Below are positions 17,611 through 33,370 of a stretch of 64,000 nucleotides of DNA, in pieces. This stretch comes from the human T2T-CHM13v2.0 reference genome, Homo sapiens: the NCBI RefSeq assembly GCF_009914755.1, contig NC_060926.1. One strand, given 5' to 3'. The position numbers and the translations under genes were made by a program. The notes beneath the pieces are model-generated. The model worked only from the letters and a program-made list of their open reading frames with translations. It had not been told where the DNA came from and did no database searches. Each line of letters starts with the position of its first letter. The stretch's first letter is position 1.

Positions 17611-19637
17611 TACTGAAGCAGTCTTCTAACTGGCCTGTTTTATTTACTCCCTATGATGCCAAGTAAAATGCATTCATAGGCTGGATCCAAGTGGATAGAA
17701 TATTGAAACTCATAATTTATCATTCACTTCTGGTGTTTCTCTAAACTTCACGTGATAAACCATCAGGTATTTTCTCAACAATGGTTATTTCTCTCTCTTC
17801 ATGGAATACAAGTTATCCAAGTTTCCAACATCCTGCTTATATCTTCATAGGTTCACTTATATAATCTCATTAACTCCTCTTTTGCATTCACAGGAATTTA
17901 AGTGATGATAAGTTCAATTCCTCAACAGAATTATAAATGAATTTTTGACTTGTTTTAACATGGACCAACAGATTCCAAACTTAAATGAACTTCATCATGT
18001 CTTTATGTTACATATAAGAATAAACATATTCTCTCTTTTATTCATGATCTCAAATCATGTTCAATTTACCAAGCTTACCAGACAATAATATGGAATGAGC
18101 ACGAATTGGATTATAAACTAGAACAGTCATAACTTCAATGACATTTTAAATGTCCTATTTTGTTATCTCTTTTCCTGAAGCAGTAAAGCCTGGGAATATT
18201 TTATCTATTGATCCGTTTTGATTTCCCTATGTGGTTTTCTTGCATTTTCATGCAGATTTAACCAGGTTTTTAGAACTCTTATCCACCTCTTAAATAAATC
18301 TTGCTTCCTTTTTTTCTCATGTAGATAGCACAGTTTTCAGATGAAAGCCCTCATCTACATACACCCCTTTTTTATTTTGTGTTTTCCATTTTATTTTAAA
18401 AATCAAAATCTTGTACTCATGTGTGAGTATATGTGCTATATTATAAGTTGATCCAATTTCATTCTTGGAAGCTTGTTTCCTTTCTAACGAATGCACAATA
18501 GTTTTTTCGTCACGTACAAAATAATCAGACCATCTTACTCTTTCTCTGAGTCAACCTAATTTTCACTATTGGAGTATTCTAGGCACAGGACACTTTTATT
18601 TGTTTCGGATTTGTAGAATTTATTAGTTTTTTTTTCCTTTACAAACCAAAAACTGGTCAGCCTTTACAATTACTTTGTCAGATTTCAATATGGGGCACTG
18701 ATATTACTCAAAATATGCCAATAGACCAAGTTGTTTAATATTTCCATTTAATTTATCTGGAAAGCAGGAGTGGTATTATTATCCACTTTATATTTTTTGT
18801 GGAAAATTTGATCTCTTTGGTCTTTTCAGAGGCAATAGAGAAGTACAAGAAAGGTGGAATAAAGCAGAGTAAGAAATTATTGCAAGTATATTCCAAGAGA
18901 GGTCTGTATTTCTTGTCGCAAGAATCAATTATTAGATTACCACAGTAGATAATTGTTTTGAATATTATGACTTCAATATCACATTCCTTTCCAGATATGT
19001 TTTCATATATTATTTGTAAACTACTCAGAAATATATATTTCTATAAAATTAACTTCTGGCTGAAGTAGTTGAATGCCACCTTGGCAGAAATGAACTTTGT
19101 TTTTAACAACATTTTAACAACATTTTCCTATTTTCATCTTAGGTAATTATCTTCGATTTTTTAGCAACATTCATTGTTTGCTTCAAGTAAAATTAAGTAT
19201 TTCTTATGGCAGTTGATGCAAACACTATATTGACAGTTAATATACTTTATTTGTTAGAATTTTCTCCTTAACATGACACACATGGAACAATTAATATTGT
19301 GATACTGTACTAAAGAAGTTATGATTTGGATTCCAAAGCATTCTTCTACTCAATCCATTATTTAGACCTTTGGAGTATCTGTTTCTTTTTCTTCAATTGG
19401 TATTTGTGATGATAAAATAATAACACTCAAAAATTGAGCCAGTATTGAACTCAGTAAACTTCGACCTCAATGATATGCCATATACCTAAAATAAGTAATA
19501 TTTGACAACCATCATGTGCTCATAAAATCCACAGAAATTGAAGGAAGGATATCAGGATGACAAAAACACTTTAGGAAAACATTCAGAACACCATATTTCA
19601 AATAAACTAGAAACCATTTTGAAATATATCAAGTGCA

Positions 19638-19936
<299 letters not shown>

Positions 19937-19937
<1 letters not shown>

Positions 19938-19979
19938 TCTATCTATCTATCTATCTATCTATCTGTCTATCATCTATCT
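19937..19979. repeat. (ATCT)n tetranucleotide STR at Alu tail
   Basis: atctatctatct...gtctatcatctatct. Confidence 0.95.
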
Positions 19980-20574
19980 CAGGGGCAATTATGTTGAGAA
20001 CAAGTTTAACCTTGTGTCAAAACTGTGCTTCATTTGTAGTTTTATTTTTTCTGTTTCTTTTGTGTACAGTATAATGTAATCCATAAATATACTGAATATA
20101 TAAATAAATTTATAAAATTGTCCTGTATATAAGTGAAAAGGCATGTAACTGATTTTCAAATGAATTAAGTAGTGGTCTCAATTCTGTATCTAATTAGTTG
20201 AATCTTTGGGAAATAACATAGTTGTGATTCCTTTATGCAGAAGATGACAACCTGTCTCTCATGATTACAGGGAGAGAAAACTGATGAATGTAAAAATACT
20301 ATGTATGTAAATTATTGAACTTAACTCTTCATAACAGTATGAGTCTCTTTTGTCTTTAAGTTCAATTTCAATCACATGACTGGGCAACTTTCCTACAGGT
20401 TGTAGGTGCCAAACTGAGGGGAAAAAGCAATGCTTGCCAACCTCTGTGATCAATTCCGTATCTTTGATCCTCAGTATATGGCTTGGTTGGGGGAGAATGT
20501 TGGATATTTTGACTGTCAGAGTAATATGAACTGGTTGCAGCTCATAGTAATCCACGGAGGGACCTGATATAACC

Positions 20575-20670
20575 AGAATTCCAAGATCAACTCTGCTACT
20601 TACAAATCATATGCCCTTGAGAAGCTAACAGCCTTTTTACATTTTTCTTTCAGTTTCTTAATAAAAATGG
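20575..20670 (+). mobile_element. MIR fragment
   Basis: aactctgctacttac...gcccttgagaag...cagtttcttaataaaaatgg. Confidence 0.55.
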
Positions 20671-20762
20671 ACTAGCTTTGAGGAATAAATACAAAATATA
20701 AATGTGTATAAAACATTTCACGATACCTGAAATATTGTAGTGCCAAGCCAACTATTCGATGA

Positions 20763-20860
20763 CTTCTTCTCCTTTCTCTTTCTCTCTTTCTTTCTTTCTT
20801 TCTTTCTTTTTCTTTCTTCCTTTTCTTGCTTTCTTTCTTTCTTTTTTCTCTTTCTTTCTT
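20763..20860. repeat. (TTTC)n-rich polypyrimidine tract
   Basis: ~100 bp almost purely T/C on + strand. Confidence 0.95.
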
Positions 20861-22689
20861 ATCTATAGAATAAATCAATTATTTGTTCTACATAATATCC
20901 TGTCTTTTACATAATAATTCTTTAAAAACATGTAGTACTACTTTGAACACTTTCTGGATTGTCTCATTTTTTTTCAAATGTGCTTTTAATTAACAAAAAA
21001 TTATGTGATTTATATAATGATCTTCCTCAAATTGATATGTTTTTAGGAATTAACCCTATTTTATTTTATTGTGGTGTCTTAATACAAGAGGAATATTTTT
21101 GTTTGGTCCCTAACTCATTTGAAATGCACTCCTCATACTTGTACGTTCATTGTTCCTCTCTTAAAGTTCCTGAAATTCTATGCTTTATTTTATTCCTTTC
21201 TGGAATCTTTGGATTACATAGTTATTAACACAATCCTTGTCAGCTCTGTGTTGCCTGCTGTTGATTATTTTGAAATATGTATGTCACAAGCAGAACACTT
21301 ATATTCTTCATAAAGCAGAAGATGCATATCTTCTACTTTTACTCAAATGTCTTATCCCTTTATTCTCTTACAATGGTAATATTTTCCATCCATTTATGAC
21401 TGTTTGTTAGAAAAAAATTAATATTGTCTGGGTTGTACCTGCTCTACCTCTATTTTTAGGACTTACGTTATGAAATCTCATTTATTTACTTGGATGGTAT
21501 AGTTATACTGTGTGGTTTTGAGTCCATTACCATTTCAAATTCAGTATTCAAGCCATATATCAGTTTATATACCAAATTTGCTGTTTGCCGTCTGTAACTT
21601 TGATAAATGACCTTTCTGTTATTACCAAAGAGCTATAAAAATACATTAGGTGAACAATCTCTATATAGAATCTTGAGACAACCATTAGAAACCTCCTAGC
21701 CAATTGATCACAATTCTATTCACATGTAGGCAAAGTCACCCAATTGATTTCTGATTCAATAAATTGCTGTTACATTTCACCTTTAATTTTCTTGTAGCTA
21801 CAAGTATCTCATAAGAATATGACCAAATGCCTTACTGATAAGGATGACTACCACAGTCAGATTTTTTATATCTACCAATTTCCCAAGGAAATGAATGGGG
21901 TTAATGTGATAGTATGCATTTATGCCAACCCAGCTTATGCCTAGTAGTTCTTGATTCTAGAATATTTTCCAGGATCTGCATTAAATGATACAATCCACAG
22001 TTTGTTTACTTTATTTTTAGTATACATTGTGAAAATCAAGATTATGTTTATCAATTTTATAGACTTTTTTAATCCTACTCTCAATAACAATCAATGATCA
22101 TCAATGGCCATGAGAAATCTTGCTTACTAGGTCTTTCGTTCTAGCATCAAATTTGTTGGTTGAGGGACTTGAAACAGTTGGTTGCTCACCTTACATCTCC
22201 TGACCAATCTTGAGCATAATCTTGGGATGCTTTCTCCTATATTAGTGTTTGCACTATTATTTTAGTCCAGTGGTCATTTTACTTGACAAATAAGACAAAA
22301 GCAAAAGATGAATTAAAGTGTTCTAGTTTTCTATTCAATTCATCATTTAGTAGCTTTAATCCCTCTTTGAAAAAAGCTTGAACATAAATAAAATAAGAAA
22401 ATAATCACTGTATGCCCCAAGCTGAAGAACTATATTTTCCTTGATCTTCTTTTGTGCTGAAAGTAACAAAAAGATGGATTTATGTTTAACTAACAATTTC
22501 GTGACCTCACTTCATTTTGAGAAATTAGCATTAATGCTATGATTATTTTTATTTTACAAGTCCTTGATTATCTTTCTCCCTGTTTATATATGGTTTTAAA
22601 ATGTGAACATATTAACATGCAAAAGCTCCTAGTATGTTATAAATCACATTAAATCTGAAGAATAAATTCAAATTTCCTTCATTCTGATT

Positions 22690-22780
22690 CATTGTCTGGT
22701 CCTAGAAACGTCACTGATTCTCTCAGAGCCTTAGTTTTATTATCTGTGAAATGAGCATAATAAAAACATCTACCTCAACT
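22690..22780 (+). mobile_element. MIR fragment
   Basis: ctctcagagccttagttttattatctgtgaaatgagcataataaaaacatctacctca. Confidence 0.65.
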
Positions 22781-25110
22781 TTTAATTTAAAGTGGCATCT
22801 AAGGCTTCCTTTCAAAGGCAGACAGAAACCATCAGAAGCTCCTTTCTCCAGCTACTCTGGGTAAAGTATAATAATATTTTACATATATGGCCAAATAGAA
22901 AATCCAGAAAGATGAGTTTTACAGTCCCTAAAATTAAGATATCAAAACCATATAGTGAGAGTTTTTAAAAGCCCAACAAAATCACAATGGTAATGAAACA
23001 GGGTATATAACTTAGAGAATTTTGTTTTATACCACTGAGGAAAAGATGGAAAGGGAAGAAATAAAATGTATCCTTTTTTTTTAATAAAGCATGGTAAAAT
23101 GATTGGGAAGGCTATTTTATTAGGTTAAATATAGCAGTTTAGTCTTATATACTACGGAATATTATTTCCTCAAACATTTAATCTGATTTGATTTGATCAA
23201 TACAATTTCATTGTTTTATTTTGACACTTGATATTTTGATAATATTAGTATATTATATAAAACTATATGTGCATGGATGAAATGATGAAATTATTATATT
23301 CTCATATGCAATTTTTCATCTATAAGTATGATAGGCTTGCATTATTTTACTTAGGATTTTCTTTCTCAGAGTATTGAAATGCTTACAACAGGTTTGCAAA
23401 ATGATTTCTACAGCTTCCACAGTTTTATCTGATTTACATTAGTATGTACAACATTGGGATGATGTGTTCCTTAAAGAGTAAAAAATAGTTATATGAGTTT
23501 CCTGATGATGACAGTGATGGGCTGTGATGTTTTAGGAAGATTCCTGGCAGTGATAGTAAATAAAGTGTCTTCCTTAAAGTCACACACCTAGTAATTGTAG
23601 CGCCAGAATACAAACATTTGTCACTCCAAATTCTGTGCTTCCAACAAGTAAGGTCATAGAGTAAAAGAAACTAAACTCAGAAAGTGGGATGTATAAATGG
23701 AATAAAGAAGACAGGCATGAGAAGTGTTATGGGAGCTGGATTTACAAGATACAGAAGCTGATTGAATATGATGGCATACAAGGAATTCATAAAATATTGG
23801 TTGACGGGAAATTATTTGTTACAGAGACAATCAGAAAACTGATAATGTATCCTACATTATTCAAAAGGAAATTTAAGAGAAATGAGGGAGAAGGGCACAG
23901 AGTAGTGGCCAAACACATCCATAGTTTGTCTTTCTGTATTTTGTCCTGCAACTGACCTTTTGGAAAGAGTTAGGTCTTTACTAAACATTTCACGACAGAA
24001 AGTAGATGTGATTCACCCATCTGTCTTCTTGGTAGCAGAACTCTCATTGAAAATTTGTCAGCTACCCTGTAATTATTGAGTCTTAAAAACAAAATGGAAT
24101 AATTTGACAATAGTGTCAAATTTGAGAGATACTTTCTTTAAGAAAAATATTATCTACCATGTATCTGTTTCTAATCATTAATCCTTGAATATATGCCTAT
24201 AATATCATAAGATGGTGATAGAAACTTCCCCAGAATCTTATACCCACTGAAGTACTAGTGGGATTAAAAAGCATGGCAGCATTTTTAAGGAGAGTGCACC
24301 AAGTTACATGATATTGTGATAAGATTGTCAGGGCAACTTGTCCCCAACTTGAGGACATGCAAGAATACCTCATGTATCCAACCAATATTGGACTTAAAGT
24401 GAATGAATAAAAGGTTTAGAAAAAAACCTCACGAGATGATCAATTGTATTACTTCTGATCCAAGCTACATCATAAACCTTTGTGTTGAGATAATCAACTC
24501 CTATCCAAATGGGCTTGGAGAAGGCATGTCATATGGGCAAGATAAGGGTTAGTTTACTGGAGGAGACAAAGCTTGAGTAAGACTCACCTAAAGGATGAAT
24601 CATTTTTTTCTTCATTTTTCCCCTTCTAGGATTTTTAACAATGAGGTATAATTTACATACCATAAAATTCACTCTTTTAAAGTGTGAACTTCAGTGATTT
24701 CAGATATTCAAGAGTTGTGTAACCACCACTACTATTTAATTCAAACAAAATTTCACCATCCCAAAAAGAAACCCTGTACCTATTAGCCATCATTTTTCAT
24801 TCTGCATTCCCCACTCAGTCATGAGAAATTGCTGATCTACATTCTAGTTATATGGATTTGGCTATTCTGGATTTTCCATATAAATTAAATAATACAATCT
24901 GTGATCTTTTGTACCTAATTTCTTTTACTTTCTTTCAAGGTTTGTCCATGTCATAGGTTGTATTAGTAACTCATTCTTTTTATTACCGAATAACATTTCA
25001 TTGTATGAATGTACCATATTTTGTTTATTAATTTATCAACTGAGGGACATTTGGGGTGTCCACCTCAGGCCAATTATGAATAATACTGTTATGAACATTT
25101 ATGTCTTTTA

Positions 25111-26095
25111 TATTATTATTATTTTCAAATACACTTTAACTTTATTTTTTACAGCAATTTTAGGTTCATAGGATGTTGAGTAAAAGATACAGGGATTTCC
25201 CATATATTCCCTGCCCCTACACTTGCATAGCCTCCTCCATTGTGAATATTTCTCATCAGAGTGGTACATTTGTTAAAACTGATGAACCTACATTGACATA
25301 TCATAATCACCCAAAGCCCATACTATAAATTAGGGTTCACTCTTGATGTCATACCTCAGTAATTACAAGCTAGCTGAACAATTCTTTGAGTTTAGACAAA
25401 AGTATAATAATATTTATCCACCATTCTAGCATCCTACCAACCAGTTTCACCATGCTAAAAATCCTCTGTGTCTGCCTATTCATTCCTACAACCTCCTCAA
25501 CCCCTGACAACCACTCATTTCTTTTTTTTTTTGTCTCCCTGATTTTGCCTTTCTAGAATGTCACATAGTTAGAATCATACAGTATGCAGCCTTTTAAGAT
25601 TGACACATTTTACTTAATAATATGCATTTTAAATGTCCTTCATGTCTTTTTATGGCTGAATCGCTCATTTGTTTTTAGTGCTGAACAATATTTCATTGTC
25701 TGGATGTACCATAGTTGATTAATCTCTTCACCTACTGAATGAAGGGCATCTTAGTTGGTTCCAGTTTTTGCAATTATTAATAAAGCTACTATAAACATCT
25801 GTGTGTAGATTTTTGTGTGTACATAAGTTTTCAACTTCTTTGGGGTAAATTTGAAGTGGTGAGATTGCTAGATTATATGGTAAGACTGTGCTTAGTTTTG
25901 TAAGAAACTGCCCAATTTCTTTCCAAAGGGGTTTTTCAAAGTGGTGTTGGGAAAATGGCTTTTTCAAAATTTTGTTCCTACCGGTAATTAATGGAAGTTT
26001 CTGTTGCTCCACATCCTCTCCAACATTTGGTATCATCAGTATTCTTGGTTTTGGCCATTCTAACAGGTGTGCAGTGGCATCTCATTGTTGCTTAA
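25111..26095 (-). mobile_element. L1MC1-like 3' fragment nested in older L1
   Basis: ttttaggttcatagg...cagagtggtacatttgtt...gatgaacctacattgaca; degenerate TSD atgaacatttatgtctttta (25091-25110) / atgaacattcttgggtttta (26096-26115), 16/20 match. Confidence 0.8.
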
Positions 26096-27206
26096 ATGAA
26101 CATTCTTGGGTTTTATTGGTTTTTGCTTTTGCAAATATTCTCTCCCATTCTTTGAGTTGTCTTTATACTTTCTTGATGGTGTCCTTTGAAGCATTAATAT
26201 TTTAAATATTGATAAAATTTAGTGTATCCTTTTTTTGTACAAAGCTTGTGTTTTGGTACCATATGTAAAAAACTTATTTTAAGGTCATGACATTTTATAC
26301 CTATATTTTTAAGAGTTTTATAATTTTAGTTTTTATGTTTATATAAGTGACACGTTTACAGTGAGTTTTTGTGTATAGCGTGAGTTAATGGTCCAGTTCA
26401 ATTTTTTTCCATGTAAATAGCCAGGTTTTCTAGCACCATTTATTGAAAAAGAATGTTTTCATTTTGAATTGTCTTGGCATCCTTTTGAAAAATCAATTGA
26501 ATGTACATGTAAAGATTTATTTCTGAACTCTCAAACTTCTGCATGATTTACATATCTATATGTTAGTACCACTCTGTTTTTTAATACTGTAGCTTTGCAG
26601 TAAGTTTTCAAGTTTAAAAGTGTAACTCCTCCAAGATTTATTTCATTTATTCAAGATTATTTAGGCTACTCTTGCTTCATTGCATTTTCCATATGAATTT
26701 TAAGGTCAATTTATCAATTTCTGGAAAAAAAGTTGAGATTTTAACACGGTTTACACTGAATCTATAGATCAATTTGTAACACTTGCTAAACAAAATTAAG
26801 TCTAGACCGTGAACATGGTAAGTTTTTCCTTTTAATAATGTCATCTTTATTTTCATTAAATTATGTTTTCAAGTTTTCATTGTGTAATGTAAGTCTTTCA
26901 TGTGCCTCAACAGGTTCATTCCAATGTATTTTATTCTTTCTGTTGCTATTTTCTTAATTTCATTATCAGTTTGTTTGTTGCTGGTTATAGAAATAGTTGA
27001 TTTTTATCTTGATATTTTGTCCTGCAACCTTGCTGAAATAATTTATTAACACTAATTGTTTTTTATTCCTCAGAATTTTCTACATACAAGATCATGTCAT
27101 TTTAAAATAGAGGTAGTTTTACTTTTTGCTTTTCAAAATCTGAATTTTCTTTATTTTATTTTTGCACCTATTTTTTACTGACTGTAATCTCCCACTACAA
27201 TGTTAA

Positions 27207-27606
<400 letters not shown>

Positions 27607-28559
27607 AACTTTATATTATTAATATATTATACTAATATATTTGTCCACATTGCCTCACCCTTGCATTTAAGGAATAATGCAAGGGTGATTCAATGGACAC
27701 ATTCAATGTACCCATTTGCTTATAATATGTAACTTCTTCTGTGTTGCTGAATTCCCTTGGCTAGCATTTGTTGATTTCAGCATCTATAATCATAATGAAT
27801 GTTATTCCGTGGTGTTATTTTCTTGTGATGTCCTTTTCTGTTTTTGGTTTTAGGGTAAAACTGGCCTCATAGTTGAAAAGTGTCTCCCTCCTTTCTCGTT
27901 TTGGAAGAGTTTGTGAAAAATCAGTGTTAATTCTTCTTCAAATGTTTGGTGGAATTCACAAGTGAAGCCATCTGTTCGTGGGTTTTTATTGTGGGAAGTT
28001 TTTATTTTAAATTATTTTTTATTACTATTTAAATTGCTCTACTTCTCATAAGTCTGTTCAGACTTTTTTATTTCTCCTTAATTTAGTTTCAGTGGTTTAA
28101 GTCTTTCCAGAATTTTTTGTATTTTGCTGGTACAAAAATGTTCATTTTATTCACTTATACTACATTCTATTTCATAAGTTTGGAAAGAATTTCCTATTTT
28201 CCATTCCTGTTTAAAAACTGACTTTTCTGTTTGTTTTCTTTTTCAGTCTAGTTAAAAGTTAATGATTTAAAAATATTTTCACAGAACCAACTTTTATTTT
28301 TATTTGTTTTCTCTATTATCTATTTTCTATTTTATTAACTCCTACTCTAATTTTCACTAGTTCTTCTACTTGCTTTGAATTAGTTTTCTCTTATCTAGAA
28401 AAAAACTCGAAGTTTTTGTAGGTAGAATATTAGGTTATTGATTTGAAATCTTTCTTTAAAAAATCATAGAAAGCTCTAAATTTCTCTTTCAGCCTTGCTT
28501 TAGTTACACCACATAATTTCCTTATGTTGTGTATTTGCTTTCATTCATCTCAAAATATT

Positions 28560-31500
28560 GTTTTACTAACCATTGTTTACTAATTTTTTTATTTTTAATT
28601 TTTGTAGGTACATGGTAGATGTATGTATTTATGAGGTACATGAGATAGAGGCATACAATGCATAATAATCATGTCATAAAAATGGGGTATCCATCCCCTC
28701 AAGCATTTATTCTTTGTGCTACAAAGAAATCCAATTATACTATTTTAATTATTTTTAAATGTACAATTAAATTCCTATCGACTATAGTCACTCTGTTATG
28801 CTATCAAATACCAGGTCTTGTATGTTCTTTCTATTTTTTGGGGGGCATACCCATTAACTATTTCCACCTCACCCCACCCCCCACTACCCTTCCCAGCCTC
28901 TGGTTATAATCCTTCTACTCTCCATCTTCATGAGTTCAATTGTTTTGATGTTTAGATCCCACAAATAAGTGAGAACATGCGATGTTTGTCTTTCTGTGCC
29001 TGGCTGATTTCACTTAACATAATGACCTCTAATTCCATCTAGGTTGTTGCAAATTATAAGGGCTTATTTTTTTAATGGATGTATAGTACTCCATTGTGTT
29101 ATAAGTACCACATTTTCTTCATCCACTCAACTGTTGGTGGACACTTAGGTTGCACTCAAATTGTAGCTATTGTGAACAGTGTTACAATAAACATGGGAGT
29201 GCAGATATCTCTTTGATATACTGATTTCTTCGCAGTATAAACATACCAGTGGGATTGCTGGGTCATATGGTAGCTCTGTTTTTAGTTTTTTGAGGAACCT
29301 CCAAACTGTTTTCCACAGTGGTTGTACTAGGTTATATTCCCAACAACAGGCTATGAGGGGGTCCCTTTTCTCCACATCCTCACCAGCATTTGGTATTGCC
29401 TGTCTTTTGGATAAAGTGTTTCTAATTTTTTCGTAGTCATTTCATAGTTTGAGGTCTTAGACTTAAGTCTTTAAATTATTTTGATTTGATTTTTCTGTAT
29501 GTCAAGAGATAGAGGTCTAGTTTCATTCTTCTGTATATGGAAGTCCAGTTTTCCTAGAACCATTTATTAAAGAGGTTATCTTTTCCCCAGTGTATGTTCT
29601 TGGCACCTTTCTCAAAAATGAGTTCACTGAATATGTGTGAATTCATTTTTGGGTTTTCTGTTCTGTTCCATTGGTGTATGTGTCTGTTTTTATGCCAGTA
29701 CCATGCTGTTTTTATTACTGTAGTTCTGTAGTGTAATTTAAAGTCATGTAATGTTATTTCTCCTGTTTTGTTCCTTTTGCTTTAGATAGTTCTGGCTATT
29801 CTGAGTCTTTTGTGGTTCCATATCAATTTTAGGATTGTTTTTTCTATTTCTGTTACCAATGTCATTTGTATGTTGATAGGGATTATATTAAATCCATAGA
29901 TACCTTTGGATAGTATGGATATTTTAACAATATTAATTCTTCCAATTTATGAATATGGAATGTCTTTCTATTTTTGGTGTCCAATCACTTTCATCAGTGT
30001 TTCATAATTTTTATTGTAGAGATCTTTCACTTTTTGGTTAAGTAAATTCCTATGTACTTACATATTTAATTTTATTGTGGCTGTGGTAAATAGGATTACT
30101 TTCTTGATTTCTTTTTCAAATTATTTACTGTTGACATATAGAGATGCTACTAATTTTAATGTTAATTTTTACCCCACAATTTTAATGAATTTGTTTTTCA
30201 GTTCTAAATTTTTGGGGACATTTATAGGTTTTTCTAAATGTAAAATCATATCATCTGCAAACAAGGATGATTTGACTTCTTTCTTTCCAGTTGGATGTCC
30301 TTTTGTTCTTCCTCCTGTGTCATTGCTCTAGGTAGAACTTCTAATACTATGTGGAATAACCATGGTGAAAGTGGGCATCCTTGTCATGCTCCAGATCTTA
30401 GAGGACAGCATTTCAGTTTTTCCACATTTTGTATGATACTAGCTATGGGTCTATCCTATATGGCTTTTATTATGTTGATGTATATTCCTTCTATATCCAT
30501 TGTTTTAAGGGTATTTTTAAATTATGAAAAGATATTGAATGTTCTCAAATGCTTTTCAACATCAATTGATATAATCAAATAGTTTTTGTCATTCATTCTG
30601 TTGATATGAGGTATCACATTGATTGATTTGTGTATGTTAAACCATCCTTGCATCACTGGGATAAATTCCACTTGGTCATGATGAATAATCTTTTTACCGT
30701 ATTGTTGAATTCAATTTGCTAGTATTTTATTGAGGATGTTTACATCAATCATCATCAGAGATATTGACCTTTAGTTTTCTTTTTGTGATGTGTCTATGTC
30801 TGTTTTTTAAAATCAGGGTTATAACTGGCCTTGTAGGATGAGTTTGGAAGTATTTTCTCCTCCTTCATTTTTTGGAAATAGTTTTGAGTGTGAATGGTAC
30901 CAGCTCTTCTATAAACGTTTGGTACAATTTTGTTTGTCTGGGAATGCCTTTATTTCTCTTTCATATTTGAAGGATATTTTCATCAGATATATTAGTCTAC
31001 GGTAAAAGGTTCCCCCCCCCCACCCCTTCAGCACCTTAAATATGTCATGTCACTCTTTCCTGGCCTATAAGGTTTACACTGAAAAGTCTGCTGCCAGATG
31101 CTTTGGAACTCCATTGGATATTTGCTACTTTACTCTTGATATTTTTAGTGTCTTTTCTTTACTCTTGACTTTTGAGAGTTTAATTATTAAATGTCTTGAT
31201 GTAGTCTTCTTTGGGTTAAATCTGCTTGATGTTTCATAACCTTCCTGCACTTGGACACTGATATATTTCTCTAGGTTTGAAAATTTCTCTGATATAATCC
31301 TTTTGAATAAACTTTCTACCCCTATCTCTTTAACTTCTCTTTAAAGCCAATAACTCTTAGACTTTCTTTTTTGAGGCTGTTTTCTAGATTCTGTAGGCAT
31401 GCTTAATTGTCTTGTTATTCCTTTTTCTTTTTATGTCCTCTGACCGTGTATTTTCAAATGGCCTGTCTTCAAGGTCACTTCTTTCTTCTGCTCAATTAAT

Positions 31501-33370
31501 TCTGCTATTAAAAGACTGATGCATCTTTCAGTATGCTAGTTGCATTTTCCATCTCCAGAATTCTGCTTGATTCTTTCAAATTATTTCAATCTCTTTGTAA
31601 AATCTATCTGACTGAATATGATAAATTTTCTCCGTGTTATCATGAATGACTTTGAGTTTTCTCAACACAGCTATTTTGAATTCTGTTTCTGAAAGATCAC
31701 ATATCTCTGTTTTTCCAGGATTGGTCCCTCATGCCCTATATAGTTCATTTGGTGAAGTCAGAGTTTCCTAGATGGTATTGATGCTAGTAGATGTTCTTTG
31801 GTGTCTGAGCATTTAAGAGTTAGGTATTTATTGTAGTCTTTAGGAGTTAGGTATTTATCATAGTAGTGAAAAGAATGCTTTTCAATATCCTTCCTTCTTG
31901 GGAAGGCTTTCCAGATTTTTGAAAGGACTTGGGTGTTATGGTCTAAGCTCTGTTGGCCTTATGGGGCACCCCAAGTCCAGTAATGCTGTTGGTCTTACAG
32001 ATTTGTAGAGCTACCACCCTCATGACCTCGGGCAATATCTGGAAGAATTCTCTGTATTACCAACTAGGCGCACTTGTTCTCCTCTCTACTTTCTCCCAAA
32101 CAAATGGAGCCTCTCTCTCTCTGTTATGAGGCACCTAAATGTGGGGGTAGAGTGAAACAAGCACTGCGGTAGCAACCATCAGAAGAACTGCACTGGATCA
32201 GACCCGCTGTCAGTACAGCACTGAGTCTTGCCCAAGGGCTGCTGTAATCACTGCCTGGTTACCGCCTGTCTGCTCAAGGCCCTGGGGCTCTACAATCAGC
32301 AGGTGGCAAAGCCATCCAGACCTGTGTCCTTCCCTTCGGGGCACCCCCACCACAGTCCCATGGAAAGTTCTGCCAGACTACTGCCAATGTTCCTTCTAGG
32401 GCCAAGGGCTCTTCAGTCAGCTTGTGGTAAATGCTGCCTGGCCTGGGACTCACCCTTCAGGGCTGTAGGCTCCCTTCTGCTCCAGGGAAGGTCCAGAAAT
32501 GCTTTCCAAGAGCCAACACCTGGAATCAGGGACTTCAAGAGCCCACTTGGTGCTCTAGCCCCCTATGACTGAGCTGGTGCCTAAGATGCAATGCAAAAAT
32601 CTCCTTTATGTTTCACTCCACCTTTCTTAAACAGAAATCTCTGAGCCAGCAAGTCTCAGAGTCTCACAGAAGGCTTTCAGTGTACCACCTGGGTATTACT
32701 GCTGGTCATTTAGGCCCCAAGGGCTCTTCAGTTAACAGGTGATGAAGCCTGCTAAGATGGGGTCCTTCCCTTCAAGGCAGCAGGTTCCCTTGTGTCCCAT
32801 GCTGTGTCTAGAAATGTTCAGGAGCTAGGGTCTAGAAAGGGCCTCATGACTCTGACTGGCACACTATCCCACTGTGGTTGGTCTTGTATCTCAGATGCAA
32901 GGCAAAATCTTCCCCACTCTTCCCTCTCTTCTCCTCAAGTGGAATAAAGGGTTCTATTTTGGAGCTGCAAGTTGTATTAATAAATCCTTGGGTTACAGGA
33001 GAAATGATGTCAACACTCCCTTAGTCACCCCAGCTGATGTTTAAGTAGGTCTCGGGCCTCCCCAGCTTTCTGGCTTTGGGCCCAGTTCACTAGGATTCAC
33101 CTAGGCATTGCAGTCCTTGTGGTCTAGACTGCCTTTCAAATTTATTTAAGACCCTAGAGCATTTTCTTTCACAAAAACCAAAGACCGTTTCTCCTATGTC
33201 TTTGGTGCCTCTATGAGCAATATGAAGTTAATGCCGGTACTGTTAGTTCTCACTTGATTTTTAGTTCTTATAAAGGTGCTTTTTGTGTAGATAGTTGTTG
33301 AATTGGTGTCCTTGCAGGTGAGAAATGATTGGTGAAATCTTCCATTCTGCCTTCTTGCTCTGCCTCCCTG
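28560..33370 (-). mobile_element. L1MA element with both termini (5'UTR, ORF1 part, ORF2 RT part, 3'UTR) but internally deleted
   Basis: Perfect 14-bp TSD catctcaaaatatt at 28546-28559 and 33371-33384; 5' start (reverse complement) cagggaggcagagcaagaaggcagaatgg; RT LFADD motif (atcatctgcaaacaag) ~30250; 3' end near 28590. Confidence 0.92.
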
